Positions 19,349 to 27,529 of a stretch of DNA of 64,000 nucleotides are shown piece after piece. The stretch is from an uncultured Bacilli bacterium. Lineage in GTDB: Bacteria > Bacillota_I > Bacilli_A > RF39 > UBA660. Under the pieces are notes generated by a model. That model was not told the origin of the DNA and ran no database searches. It saw only the letters and a program-made list of their open reading frames with translations. Position 1 is the stretch's first letter; every line of letters starts with the position of its first letter. A program made the translations under genes and the position numbers. Location: the NCBI GenBank assembly GCA_944332475.1, contig CALVKA010000002.1, positions 71,147-135,146 on the forward strand, in the 5' to 3' direction.

Positions 19349-19893
19349 ACTGGCATCACCGTCCCAAATTCCGTTGTTTTACCCCCGTTTAAGAAATTAT
19401 CAAGAATAACTCTCAAATCATCATTTGTAGTCTGTGATGCATTCAAACCACAACTAGCAAGTCCCTGAATTAACATACGAACTTTCTTCTGAACCACATC
19501 AGAATCTTTTTCTTTAAATAAGAAATAATACTCAGTATCAACAATATTATTATTAATAAACGTATTACCTTTATCAATATCTTGCATAATCAACTTACGA
19601 ATTGCTGGAGATTGTGTTTCATTATATAAAAGTTGCAACTGAGACATATAAACAGAAATATCAACAGGTCTATCCGCAACTACTAACCAAAACTCAAAAT
19701 CAATCATATTATAAAAATTCTTCAAACTAATTAAAACATTATCCTGAGCTTGAGGATCTAAAATAAAGATATTACGAGGTGCAATTTTTACTCCAGACAC
19801 TTTCAAATTATTATAAGTAACAATCATACCGTTCTGAATAGATTTTACAGGCAACCAATTTTCAGTATAATTATTTCCTGCTATTTTCTTTGC
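19345..19893 (-). CDS. VirB4-family N-terminal domain protein (separate ORF)
   Basis: About 183 aa from MAKKIAGNNYTENWLPVKSIQNGMIVTYNNLKVSGVKIAPRNIFILD.... It resembles the NWLPIK...G.I......KI..V.PINF N-terminus of Tn916 Orf16/ConE-type VirB4 proteins. It is in a different frame from the ATPase ORF. Confidence 0.65.
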   Translation of the reverse strand, partial: AKKIAGNNYTENWLPVKSIQNGMIVTYNNLKVSGVKIAPRNIFILDPQAQDNVLISLKNFYNMIDFEFWLVVADRPVDISVYMSQLQLLYNETQSPAIRKLIMQDIDKGNTFINNNIVDTEYYFLFKEKDSDVVQKKVRMLIQGLASCGLNASQTTNDDLRVILDNFLNGGKTTEFGTVMPV

Positions 19894-20188
19894 CATCCAT
19901 GAAACACCAACCTTTCCAATGATACGTTTGTGGAGCCGTAAAATACTCATACATCTCCACAATAATATTCAAAATATTATGATAATAAGGTACAGGCATA
20001 ACTAAGAACCCACAAATAACAGCTGGACTAATAATAGCAATAGTAACCCAGGTATTCGTAAGCGGCATAAATGCCAACAATATTACCGTAACCAAAACAC
20101 CCGATAAAAATAATACTAGATCGAAAGGACGAAATAATCCTAAAATTAATTGTCCCCTCTTCGTATTAGCAGGTATCAAATAATTCAC
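19871..20188 (-). CDS. VirB3-like small membrane protein (Tn916 Orf17/PrgI/TcpE-like)
   Basis: 105 aa with two TM helices. It lies immediately upstream of VirB4, as in Firmicute MPF-FA systems. Confidence 0.5.
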   Translation of the reverse strand: MNYLIPANTKRGQLILGLFRPFDLVLFLSGVLVTVILLAFMPLTNTWVTIAIISPAVICGFLVMPVPYYHNILNIIVEMYEYFTAPQTYHWKGWCFMDGKENSRK

Positions 20189-20211
20189 TATCTATCACAC
20201 TCTCTTTCATT

Positions 20212-22365
20212 CTAATGAGGAGGTGGGCCTCCAGGACCATGGCCTCCACCAGCACCAGCCCCATCAGGGAAATCATCATCAACTCTACCAACACCAGAAG
20301 CACCCTTCATTGGATCAAATGGTTTGGCAGAAGAAGTAAATGATACACCATCGCTCGTTTCTAATTCGGAACGATAAGTAGATGTCGTTGTATCATATGC
20401 TCTAGGTGCAACACCATAAACATCAGCCCTATATTTTTCAATCTTAGAAGCACCACTGCTTGCTTTAGCAAATGCAACTTTCTTACTAGCTTCATCTCTA
20501 ATAGCGTTATTGTATCTATCATTTGCTGCAGAAAATTCTTCCTCCCAAGACTTTTGAGCATTATAACGACGACTTATATCCTCATCCAATACTTTCTTCT
20601 TAATTGGTTTACCATCAGCGCCTAAAATACTAGAATCCTCTTCACGATACATATTATTTTTAAGCCATTCCAAATTTTCTCCAGGATTTGCTGCTTTCAA
20701 ACGATCCAAATTAGCCTGTGCAAGCTTTGTCTCTAGTTCAGCATCATTTAATGCAGCCTGTGCATTATCTTTATTCCAATCAGCAAGTGCCTTGTTACGT
20801 TTTCCATAACCAGCCGCTCCAGCAACCCGCTCACGTGTTGCATAATTTAACCGATCCAAAGCACTTCCCCAAAGACCACCGTGTGCGTCTTTATCTCCAG
20901 TACGAATCTTAGCCATCAAATCTCTATTTTGACTCCATGCAGCACCTAATGGCATAGGTTTACCCTCAGCTTGTCCTTTAGCGGCAGCTTCACTTCCCTG
21001 CATAGCTCCCATCGCAAATCCAGCAAGGCCTCCGCCACCAACAGCCATCGCAGCTCCACCTAAAATTCCACTAAGTCCAATATTAGACATACCAGCACCT
21101 TTAAGACCTAATGCATCTTTAATAAACTTAGGAGCCATCTTAGCAAAGAAGAATAGTCCTAACATAATGAAGATAAAGGAAATAATACCTACCATTCCAC
21201 CAGCTTCATTAATAACAAATCCATTTACTATCATATCTTGAATTAAGAAAATAACGAAATAAACAATCGCAAGTCTTAAGAACAAATCCAAATACGTAGA
21301 AGTTAAAGCTTTTACCCAGGAAGAAAACATTCCTCCATCCTTCGACGACTTCGGTTCAATATAACTAATAACAGGAATTGGAGCAATTAACCTCAAAATT
21401 GCAAGTTTAATAGAACGAATCGCAATATCTACTGTAAACCCTACTAAAATAACTAAGAATACAATTCCAACGATTAAAGCAAAAAAACCATCAAACCAAA
21501 ATACATACCTTGAATTACCACCAAAATTTTCAAATAATGCTCCAATAATAGGAATATTACTAGCACCATTAGCCAAAGAAGTTAAAATATTATCATTAAT
21601 TTCACAATCAGCATGTAAAACTTCATCACTAAGTAATGTACTAGGATCAATATCTAACTGCATATAAGCTTGTAGTGCCTCACTGGCTGTTCCGCTTAAA
21701 TTTGCTCCACAATACCAATTTTGACTATCAGTTTCCGAATCACTTTCTCTTATTTCTACCGGCAACAGGTTAATTCTCAAAAATCCTTTCAAAATAGTAG
21801 AAGCAAAAATTCTTGAGGATCGCTCTAACATCGCTGTTTGCCGATCAGCTTCAGACATACCACTATCATCCGCAGAGCTAGTAGAGGTTGCTTCATCCGT
21901 CGTTCCCAGAATCAACCGTCCTAACGTATTATTAGATAAAATACGTTCTTGCAAAGAATACAAAGTACCAAATAGCAAACCATTATTATTAATATACTTT
22001 TCAAAAGAGTTTGCATTTTCTACATCAGGCACATTGATAGGAACCAAAACAGTAAGTAAAGCAAGCGCAACCACTACTCTCGTAATAAAATTACCAAAAC
22101 CTTCTTTAGGATTTGAAAACTGATCAGGGCTCATAATTCCTTGCAAAATAGAAACTGCAAGTTTAAATACCATGAAGACTCCAATAATAAGTTGAATACG
22201 ACCATAAAAATTCTTAATAGTCTCTGACTCAAATAGCTGAGCACTCGCAACATTAAAGAAAATTTGATACATAATCCCTAATAAAAAATAAATCCCTCTA
22301 TTTAGAAAACCAAACAAACTTCTGATTAAATCTCCTATAGTATCAGCATTACCATTATCCGTCAT
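20212..22365 (-). CDS. VirB6-like polytopic channel protein (TcpH/ConG/Orf15-like) with a C-terminal soluble extension
   Basis: 717 aa. Multiple TM helices in the first 450 aa. C-terminal coiled-coil/charged domain ending in a Gly/Pro-rich tail (GGHGPGGPPPH). Confidence 0.6.
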   Translation of the reverse strand: MTDNGNADTIGDLIRSLFGFLNRGIYFLLGIMYQIFFNVASAQLFESETIKNFYGRIQLIIGVFMVFKLAVSILQGIMSPDQFSNPKEGFGNFITRVVVALALLTVLVPINVPDVENANSFEKYINNNGLLFGTLYSLQERILSNNTLGRLILGTTDEATSTSSADDSGMSEADRQTAMLERSSRIFASTILKGFLRINLLPVEIRESDSETDSQNWYCGANLSGTASEALQAYMQLDIDPSTLLSDEVLHADCEINDNILTSLANGASNIPIIGALFENFGGNSRYVFWFDGFFALIVGIVFLVILVGFTVDIAIRSIKLAILRLIAPIPVISYIEPKSSKDGGMFSSWVKALTSTYLDLFLRLAIVYFVIFLIQDMIVNGFVINEAGGMVGIISFIFIMLGLFFFAKMAPKFIKDALGLKGAGMSNIGLSGILGGAAMAVGGGGLAGFAMGAMQGSEAAAKGQAEGKPMPLGAAWSQNRDLMAKIRTGDKDAHGGLWGSALDRLNYATRERVAGAAGYGKRNKALADWNKDNAQAALNDAELETKLAQANLDRLKAANPGENLEWLKNNMYREEDSSILGADGKPIKKKVLDEDISRRYNAQKSWEEEFSAANDRYNNAIRDEASKKVAFAKASSGASKIEKYRADVYGVAPRAYDTTTSTYRSELETSDGVSFTSSAKPFDPMKGASGVGRVDDDFPDGAGAGGGHGPGGPPPH

Positions 22366-22381
22366 AAAGTATCACCTACCT

Positions 22382-23605
22382 TTATTGTAAACCACAAATC
22401 TCATCTGTCGTTATACCAAAAATATTTAACAATACACTAACAAGTGTAGGAATTAAAAATAAAGCAACCGCCAAAACTAAGCGAATTACAAGCTTTTTTT
22501 CGGCTTTTTTCATACTATCATCATCACTAGTAATAATAGCTTTTGCAAAATCTAAACTACTAAGTATAACAACCAATATAGGTCCTAAAATTTTAACATA
22601 ATTTAATATCTGTTGTAATAACCAAGCAACCGATTCTTCATCTTCCGTACTCCCCAAAAGAGAATTACAGTCACTATTTTGATTATAAGACTCCAAGTCC
22701 TCTCTTAATGTATCTATCGTAACAGATCCCGGTTTACTATAACTATCACTACTATGATCATTTTCTTCACTGCTTTCATCACCAGGTTCTCCAAAAGCGC
22801 CACCAAAATAACCAGAACCAAACTGTTGACCATCGCTAGTACTTAATTCATCATTTTTACAATAATTTGCCCCTGCCGACAACTCATAAGAATAACCATC
22901 ATCAGTTTGTGTAACACAACGATAAATTTGAGATGGACAAGTTGTCTTAGAAGAAGAATAAATAGAATCAATTAAAGAATCATTAACAGTAATAGTAAAT
23001 TTTTCTCCTGAGACAGTACCAGTAATAGCATTAGTAACTGGAACATAAGTCTCACCATCTACACTCCACTCTTTTGTACCATCCGAATATAATCTAAAAA
23101 AAGACATTAAATAACTTTGGCGATTATAAAAACCAACACTTGGTCCAGCACAAGTAGATAAAACTTTTTTAGATTGAATACCATTTCTTTTAGCCCAATC
23201 TGTTAATTTTGGAGTAGCTGCTGTAATATTATAACAACGTCCTGTACAACTATCACTATAATTAGGTCCTGGATAAACCGTAACCCCTAAATTGTTTTCC
23301 TGCACATAAATAGAAGGACATGTAATAGTAGAATTATCTATCTTCGCAACATTATAATAAATAGAAGAAAATCGATCACTATGATACCAAGAAACACCAT
23401 CTCTCGCATACAAAGTACCATTACTAAAAGGTAGTTCTACACTACCATCAGAATATATATCATAAGTTAATTCTACTTCCTCACCGTTTTGATTTGTAAA
23501 TTGATAATTACAACTAACAACTTGATTACCAGCGGCATTTGTATTATATGGAATACAAAATAATAAGCCAAATACTAAAAGAAAGAAAGAAAACTTTAAT
23601 TGTTT
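22382..23605 (-). CDS. secreted Thr/Ser/Tyr/Cys-rich protein with a C-terminal two-TM hairpin domain
   Basis: Signal peptide MKQLKFSFFLLVFGLLFCIPYNTNA/AG (start trimmed from the 23671 ORF). C-terminal ...ILGPILVVILSSLDFAKAIITSDDDSMKKAEKKLVIRLVLAVALFLIPTLVSVLL is homologous to the 111-aa protein and to the NlpC/P60 N-terminus. Confidence 0.6.
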   Translation of the reverse strand, partial: KQLKFSFFLLVFGLLFCIPYNTNAAGNQVVSCNYQFTNQNGEEVELTYDIYSDGSVELPFSNGTLYARDGVSWYHSDRFSSIYYNVAKIDNSTITCPSIYVQENNLGVTVYPGPNYSDSCTGRCYNITAATPKLTDWAKRNGIQSKKVLSTCAGPSVGFYNRQSYLMSFFRLYSDGTKEWSVDGETYVPVTNAITGTVSGEKFTITVNDSLIDSIYSSSKTTCPSQIYRCVTQTDDGYSYELSAGANYCKNDELSTSDGQQFGSGYFGGAFGEPGDESSEENDHSSDSYSKPGSVTIDTLREDLESYNQNSDCNSLLGSTEDEESVAWLLQQILNYVKILGPILVVILSSLDFAKAIITSDDDSMKKAEKKLVIRLVLAVALFLIPTLVSVLLNIFGITTDEICGLQ

Positions 23606-23697
23606 CATTGCCACCACTCCATATATACAATCATACAGAATAAGTATAACAGAATAAAAAAAAAATAGCAATTACTTTGCTATTTAATTTATAAACT

Positions 23698-24033
23698 TTA
23701 CTGAATACTATTCCAACATTCAGCCCATCCAGCAGTATCACCAGAGTTATTATCAGCACCAGTAGCTACTAAAGACATAACTAGCGTAACCAAAGTAACA
23801 ATGAAGAATATAGCAGCTGCATAAATACATCTCTTAATTAATCGACTTTGAGCTTGTTTAACTTCTTTTTCATCACTAGAAATAACTGCTTTTCCTAAAT
23901 CAATAGTACCAAAAACAATCAATAAAATTGGAATACCAATCTGAACAATAGGAAATACACCTTTTTTAATAATTCTTACAATGGGATCCAATCCACCGCA
24001 TGGCTGATCTAAAACGTTATTCATATAAACCAC
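23698..24033 (-). CDS. small two-TM hairpin protein (candidate VirB2/ConC/TcpD-like T4SS membrane subunit)
   Basis: 111 aa. ...IGIPILLIVFGTIDLGKAVISSDEKEVKQAQSRLIKRCIYAAAIFFIVTLVTLVMSLV. The same PI(L/I)L..V...D..KA.I.SDD..KK....L..R...A..FF.P.LV motif occurs in two other proteins in the window. Confidence 0.5.
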   Translation of the reverse strand: MVYMNNVLDQPCGGLDPIVRIIKKGVFPIVQIGIPILLIVFGTIDLGKAVISSDEKEVKQAQSRLIKRCIYAAAIFFIVTLVTLVMSLVATGADNNSGDTAGWAECWNSIQ

Positions 24034-24080
24034 TCCTCCAATATAAATAATCTTATCTTAAAACTAAAAGATTGTCAATA

Positions 24081-25067
24081 TTACCTACGAAATAAACCGA
24101 AAATTTTACCAGATTCTTTCTTCTGTTCTTTTTTCACAGCAAGTAAACCTAATCTAGATAAAAAGTCATCAAAAATAGGGTTTCTTTTTCTTTCATCCAG
24201 TGGTGGCATATTATAAAACACCCTCGTTTTTGCTTCATACTCAAAATCAGCAATGTCTTTATTCGTCAACAAACTTTTATTTAAAATAATCTTTTCGTTC
24301 TGAAGTTTTGAAAAAATATTACGATTTCTTCGCATTAACTTATTAAGTTTTATAATAGACGGTTCTAACAAATACAAAACATCTGTACAAAAAGAATCAT
24401 CAGGAGTATCATTTAAATCAATCAAAATAACAGAAGCTCCAGCATACTTAGTCAAAGCTCCATGTAACTGATCAATAGTCAATGATATCATATTTTTATC
24501 TCCAAAATATTGAAAATCGCCTTTATTTAATTCAATAGCAATAATCGTATCACCAAAATGAGTTTTCAACTCTTTCTTTAACATATAAACAAAAGTAGTA
24601 GCTCCCGCATGTTCTGTAACATTACGAACACCAATAATTCTAGAGCCACTTTCAACCTTCTGCACAACACTGTTCACAACATCATTATTCAACTGTTGAA
24701 TATGAGCAACTTGTTTATAAGTGTTGGGATGTTCTAACAAATATTTTACACCCTCTATATTAGTCGTAAAATTATAAATTCCCATAGAAACTAATTTAGA
24801 CAAAAAACTAGAGGTACATACATCCGTACCCTCAGGTAAAAAGAATACAATTTTTTCAACATCTAGTCCCATCGCAATAGTTTGGAAACTTTTAATATTA
24901 TGAAAATCTTTAATAGCAGTAACATCTAGAATCATTTTATTATAAAAGAAATTCTTAAACATTTCCACTAATTCAGTTGCGTCATACTCTCCAGAAATAC
25001 TCTTGATAACATCAATGTCCAATCCTGACAAAACATTACGTTGCACATTACTAACAATAACATTCAT
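24081..25067 (-). CDS. TadZ/CpaE-like protein (N-terminal receiver-like domain plus a degenerate ParA/MinD-like ATPase domain), putative
   Basis: 328 aa. CheY-like alpha/beta N-terminus. A degenerate P-loop (RIIGVRNVTEHAGATTF) and a hydrophobic-D Walker-B-like ILIDLN, consistent with the non-catalytic TadZ architecture. Confidence 0.4.
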   Translation of the reverse strand: MNVIVSNVQRNVLSGLDIDVIKSISGEYDATELVEMFKNFFYNKMILDVTAIKDFHNIKSFQTIAMGLDVEKIVFFLPEGTDVCTSSFLSKLVSMGIYNFTTNIEGVKYLLEHPNTYKQVAHIQQLNNDVVNSVVQKVESGSRIIGVRNVTEHAGATTFVYMLKKELKTHFGDTIIAIELNKGDFQYFGDKNMISLTIDQLHGALTKYAGASVILIDLNDTPDDSFCTDVLYLLEPSIIKLNKLMRRNRNIFSKLQNEKIILNKSLLTNKDIADFEYEAKTRVFYNMPPLDERKRNPIFDDFLSRLGLLAVKKEQKKESGKIFGLFRR

Positions 25068-25082
25068 AAGAGTTCACCTCTT

Positions 25083-25535
25083 CTATTCAAAACGAGTTAT
25101 CGCTTTCGTATTACCAGATATCTGAAAAATTCTAAGACCAGGCATAATCTTATTTATAATAGGAATATCAATATTAATTTGAGTAACAACACGATAATAA
25201 TACTGTTTATTATGTTCATTATAAGCACCAGAAGAATTTTGTACTTCGAACTCTTTATAACAATAGCCAAATGTTCTATCACATACATAATCCTCATCTG
25301 TCAAATCCAAATTACTAGCATTATATCCAACTTGATTAATATATTGTTGAATTTTGGAACGACAAGGAGTACCTACGTCACAATTTCCCTCATACTGTTC
25401 TATTGTTGTAATTATGTGGTTTTTAACACGGAATGCTTTTGTATAATTAACGTTAAACGCTAAATAGCCACATACCAAAACTAGGAATACAACAATCATA
25501 GATAAGTTGACAACACCACCAAAAGCGTCCCGCAT
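25083..25535 (-). CDS. TadE/TadF-like minor pilin or pseudopilin candidate (membrane-anchored small protein)
   Basis: 150 aa. N-terminal MRDAFGGVVNLSMIVVFLVLVCGYLAF hydrophobic anchor preceded by a short polar leader. Cys-rich ectodomain. Confidence 0.3.
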   Translation of the reverse strand: MRDAFGGVVNLSMIVVFLVLVCGYLAFNVNYTKAFRVKNHIITTIEQYEGNCDVGTPCRSKIQQYINQVGYNASNLDLTDEDYVCDRTFGYCYKEFEVQNSSGAYNEHNKQYYYRVVTQINIDIPIINKIMPGLRIFQISGNTKAITRFE

Positions 25536-25554
25536 CTTCTACACCTACCCTTTT

Positions 25555-25752
25555 TTATCTATCATAATCAACGATAACATAACCAGAAACACCAGTTGTA
25601 CCATCAGCAGAAATATTACCCCACTGTTTATTAATAGCATCTTGAATATTTGGCCACATCAACCAAAAGAAACCAATTACTGCTGCAATAGCAATAAGAG
25701 TAATAACTGTTAAGTTTAATTCACCTGTAGCTGCTTTCACTGAAACATGCAC
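25555..25752 (-). CDS. Flp/Tad-type pilin candidate (about 60 aa, short leader ending in Gly followed by a hydrophobic helix)
   Basis: ...KAATG/ELNLTVITLIAIAAVIGFFWL.... The only in-frame starts are GTG codons with awkward SD spacing (AAAGGA-t-GTG). A strong promoter lies directly upstream. Confidence 0.45.
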   Translation of the reverse strand: MHVSVKAATGELNLTVITLIAIAAVIGFFWLMWPNIQDAINKQWGNISADGTTGVSGYVIVDYDR

Positions 25753-25780
25753 ATCCTTTCTTATCTTATCTTCATTATCT

Positions 25781-25809
25781 ATTATACCAACATAATTTTC
25801 ATTTTACAA
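25781..25809 (-). promoter_or_regulatory. near-consensus sigma-A promoter TTGTAA-17-TATAAT immediately upstream of the pilin candidate, internal to the supercluster
   Basis: On the minus strand: TTGTAA (complement of 25804..25809), a 17-nt spacer, then TATAAT (complement of 25781..25786), about 30 nt upstream of the pilin ORF. It sits in the only intergenic gap longer than 50 bp in the cluster. Confidence 0.45.
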
Positions 25810-25825
25810 TAAATTTTCTATCACT

Positions 25826-26611
25826 TTACATGTTAAACATCATCATCATAGAAATCAAAATAACAACCATAGTACCAGCACCAGTTACTACTAACATAAC
25901 CATAGTTTGACTTTCCATATGATTAAGACGTTCTTTATATTTCGTTTCACGGGCTTTGTTTTGCAAATTAGATACCGTCCTAGAAAACATCATCAAACGT
26001 TCTTGTTTTCTCTCCTGTGAACCAAGACCAAGACGATATAACAAACGCATCATACGCATAGAATCTCTTACAGGATAAGTATTAGCAAACTCCATATAAG
26101 GATCAATACTAGAGTCACCTGAATTAATTCTTTCAATCAAACGACGAAGTCCAGGTTTAAAAATATCAGGAGCATCATCAATAGACTTACCTAAAGCAAC
26201 GGGAACCGTATAATGTTGTATCAAAATTTCCAAACTCTTTAAATAGTATGGCAACATAACATCAATATCATGCAAATGTGCTTTATAAAATGACTTTAAC
26301 TGTGTATATGGCATTTTAAATACTAATACTGCAACCACTACACAAAATACAATATTCAAAAACGACAATTGATTTAAGAAAATAAATAAAAATATAATCG
26401 CTACAAGGATAGCATAAAAAATTCTTTTTCTAAATAATTGATTGGGATCTACATCTTCTCCATAACGAGCATAAACTAAAAAGTTATAATCATCTTCTCT
26501 TAAAATTTCAAAGTACTTTTCATTATCAGCAATAAACTTATTTTTATCGATTGTATTATTATAAATCAAAATAAATATGATTATTGCCCCTACTACAACA
26601 ATCTCTACCAT
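25826..26611 (-). CDS. TadC-like inner-membrane platform protein (GspF/T2SS-F domain family)
   Basis: 261 aa. N-terminal TM, cytoplasmic helical domain, C-terminal TM pair. Its start overlaps the TadB-like stop. Confidence 0.55.
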   Translation of the reverse strand: MVEIVVVGAIIIFILIYNNTIDKNKFIADNEKYFEILREDDYNFLVYARYGEDVDPNQLFRKRIFYAILVAIIFLFIFLNQLSFLNIVFCVVVAVLVFKMPYTQLKSFYKAHLHDIDVMLPYYLKSLEILIQHYTVPVALGKSIDDAPDIFKPGLRRLIERINSGDSSIDPYMEFANTYPVRDSMRMMRLLYRLGLGSQERKQERLMMFSRTVSNLQNKARETKYKERLNHMESQTMVMLVVTGAGTMVVILISMMMMFNM

Positions 26612-27513
26612 TACTCAGCACCTACATTCTCGTTATAATATTTTTCTCCCTTTAATAAGAAGAAAGTATTAATAATTAAGACCCCGTGTAGTAATACCTT
26701 TACATACCAGCGTTCTAACATAACTAAGTAGGTCTCTCGTCCTAACAAATATTGAGTTAACATAACTAATAAGTAAAGCATAATACCAAATTGTAAAAAT
26801 GACTTATGGAAAGTTGCTCTTTCGATACGGTCACGATAAACACTTTCAACCAACATATCGATATCAAGTTGCATATTATCCAAAGAATCCATCGAGTTTC
26901 TAGCACCCTCTTTTGTAATTTGCAAGAACAACTGATGCATGTTTTTAACAATATAATATGGATATAGCTGACTCATATAATTTAAAGCCTCATCAATACT
27001 ACCATCTTGATAAGCAAGTTCAATCATATGATCAACATCACTTTTAACAGGGTCTTCCAAAATACCAGAATTACGAACTCCCTCTAATGCCTTAACAAAA
27101 GATTGAGTAGTTGCAAATTCCATAATGGTATTAGAAGTATATACTTGAATTTGCTCAAAGATAAATTCACTATAGACTCTTTTACAACGTAAATACGACA
27201 AATACGGAATAAACATAATAACTGCAATAATATAAATCAATGATACAAATAAATTATAGAAATACAAATAACTTACTACTCCAGCAAAAGCACCCATCAC
27301 AACAACTTGAATCATATATTGTCTAGGAGTATATTCTTGACCCAACTCTTTAGTTTTCTCACGAACAATTTTAAAAGAATAAGGAGCAAATTTATCATAC
27401 ATGCTACGAACCTGGGTAGTAATAAATTTTCCAACATTTTCTCCTTTATAATTACGATAAAGAGTAATAACTACCACTATTACAATTAGAAAAATCAATT
27501 CTTCTATATACAT
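26611..27513 (-). CDS. TadB-like inner-membrane platform protein (GspF/T2SS-F domain family)
   Basis: 300 aa with the same TM, helical-domain, TM architecture. It lies directly downstream of the secretion ATPase. Confidence 0.55.
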   Translation of the reverse strand: MYIEELIFLIVIVVVITLYRNYKGENVGKFITTQVRSMYDKFAPYSFKIVREKTKELGQEYTPRQYMIQVVVMGAFAGVVSYLYFYNLFVSLIYIIAVIMFIPYLSYLRCKRVYSEFIFEQIQVYTSNTIMEFATTQSFVKALEGVRNSGILEDPVKSDVDHMIELAYQDGSIDEALNYMSQLYPYYIVKNMHQLFLQITKEGARNSMDSLDNMQLDIDMLVESVYRDRIERATFHKSFLQFGIMLYLLVMLTQYLLGRETYLVMLERWYVKVLLHGVLIINTFFLLKGEKYYNENVGAE

Positions 27514-27529
27514 ATAAATTCACTCCCTT

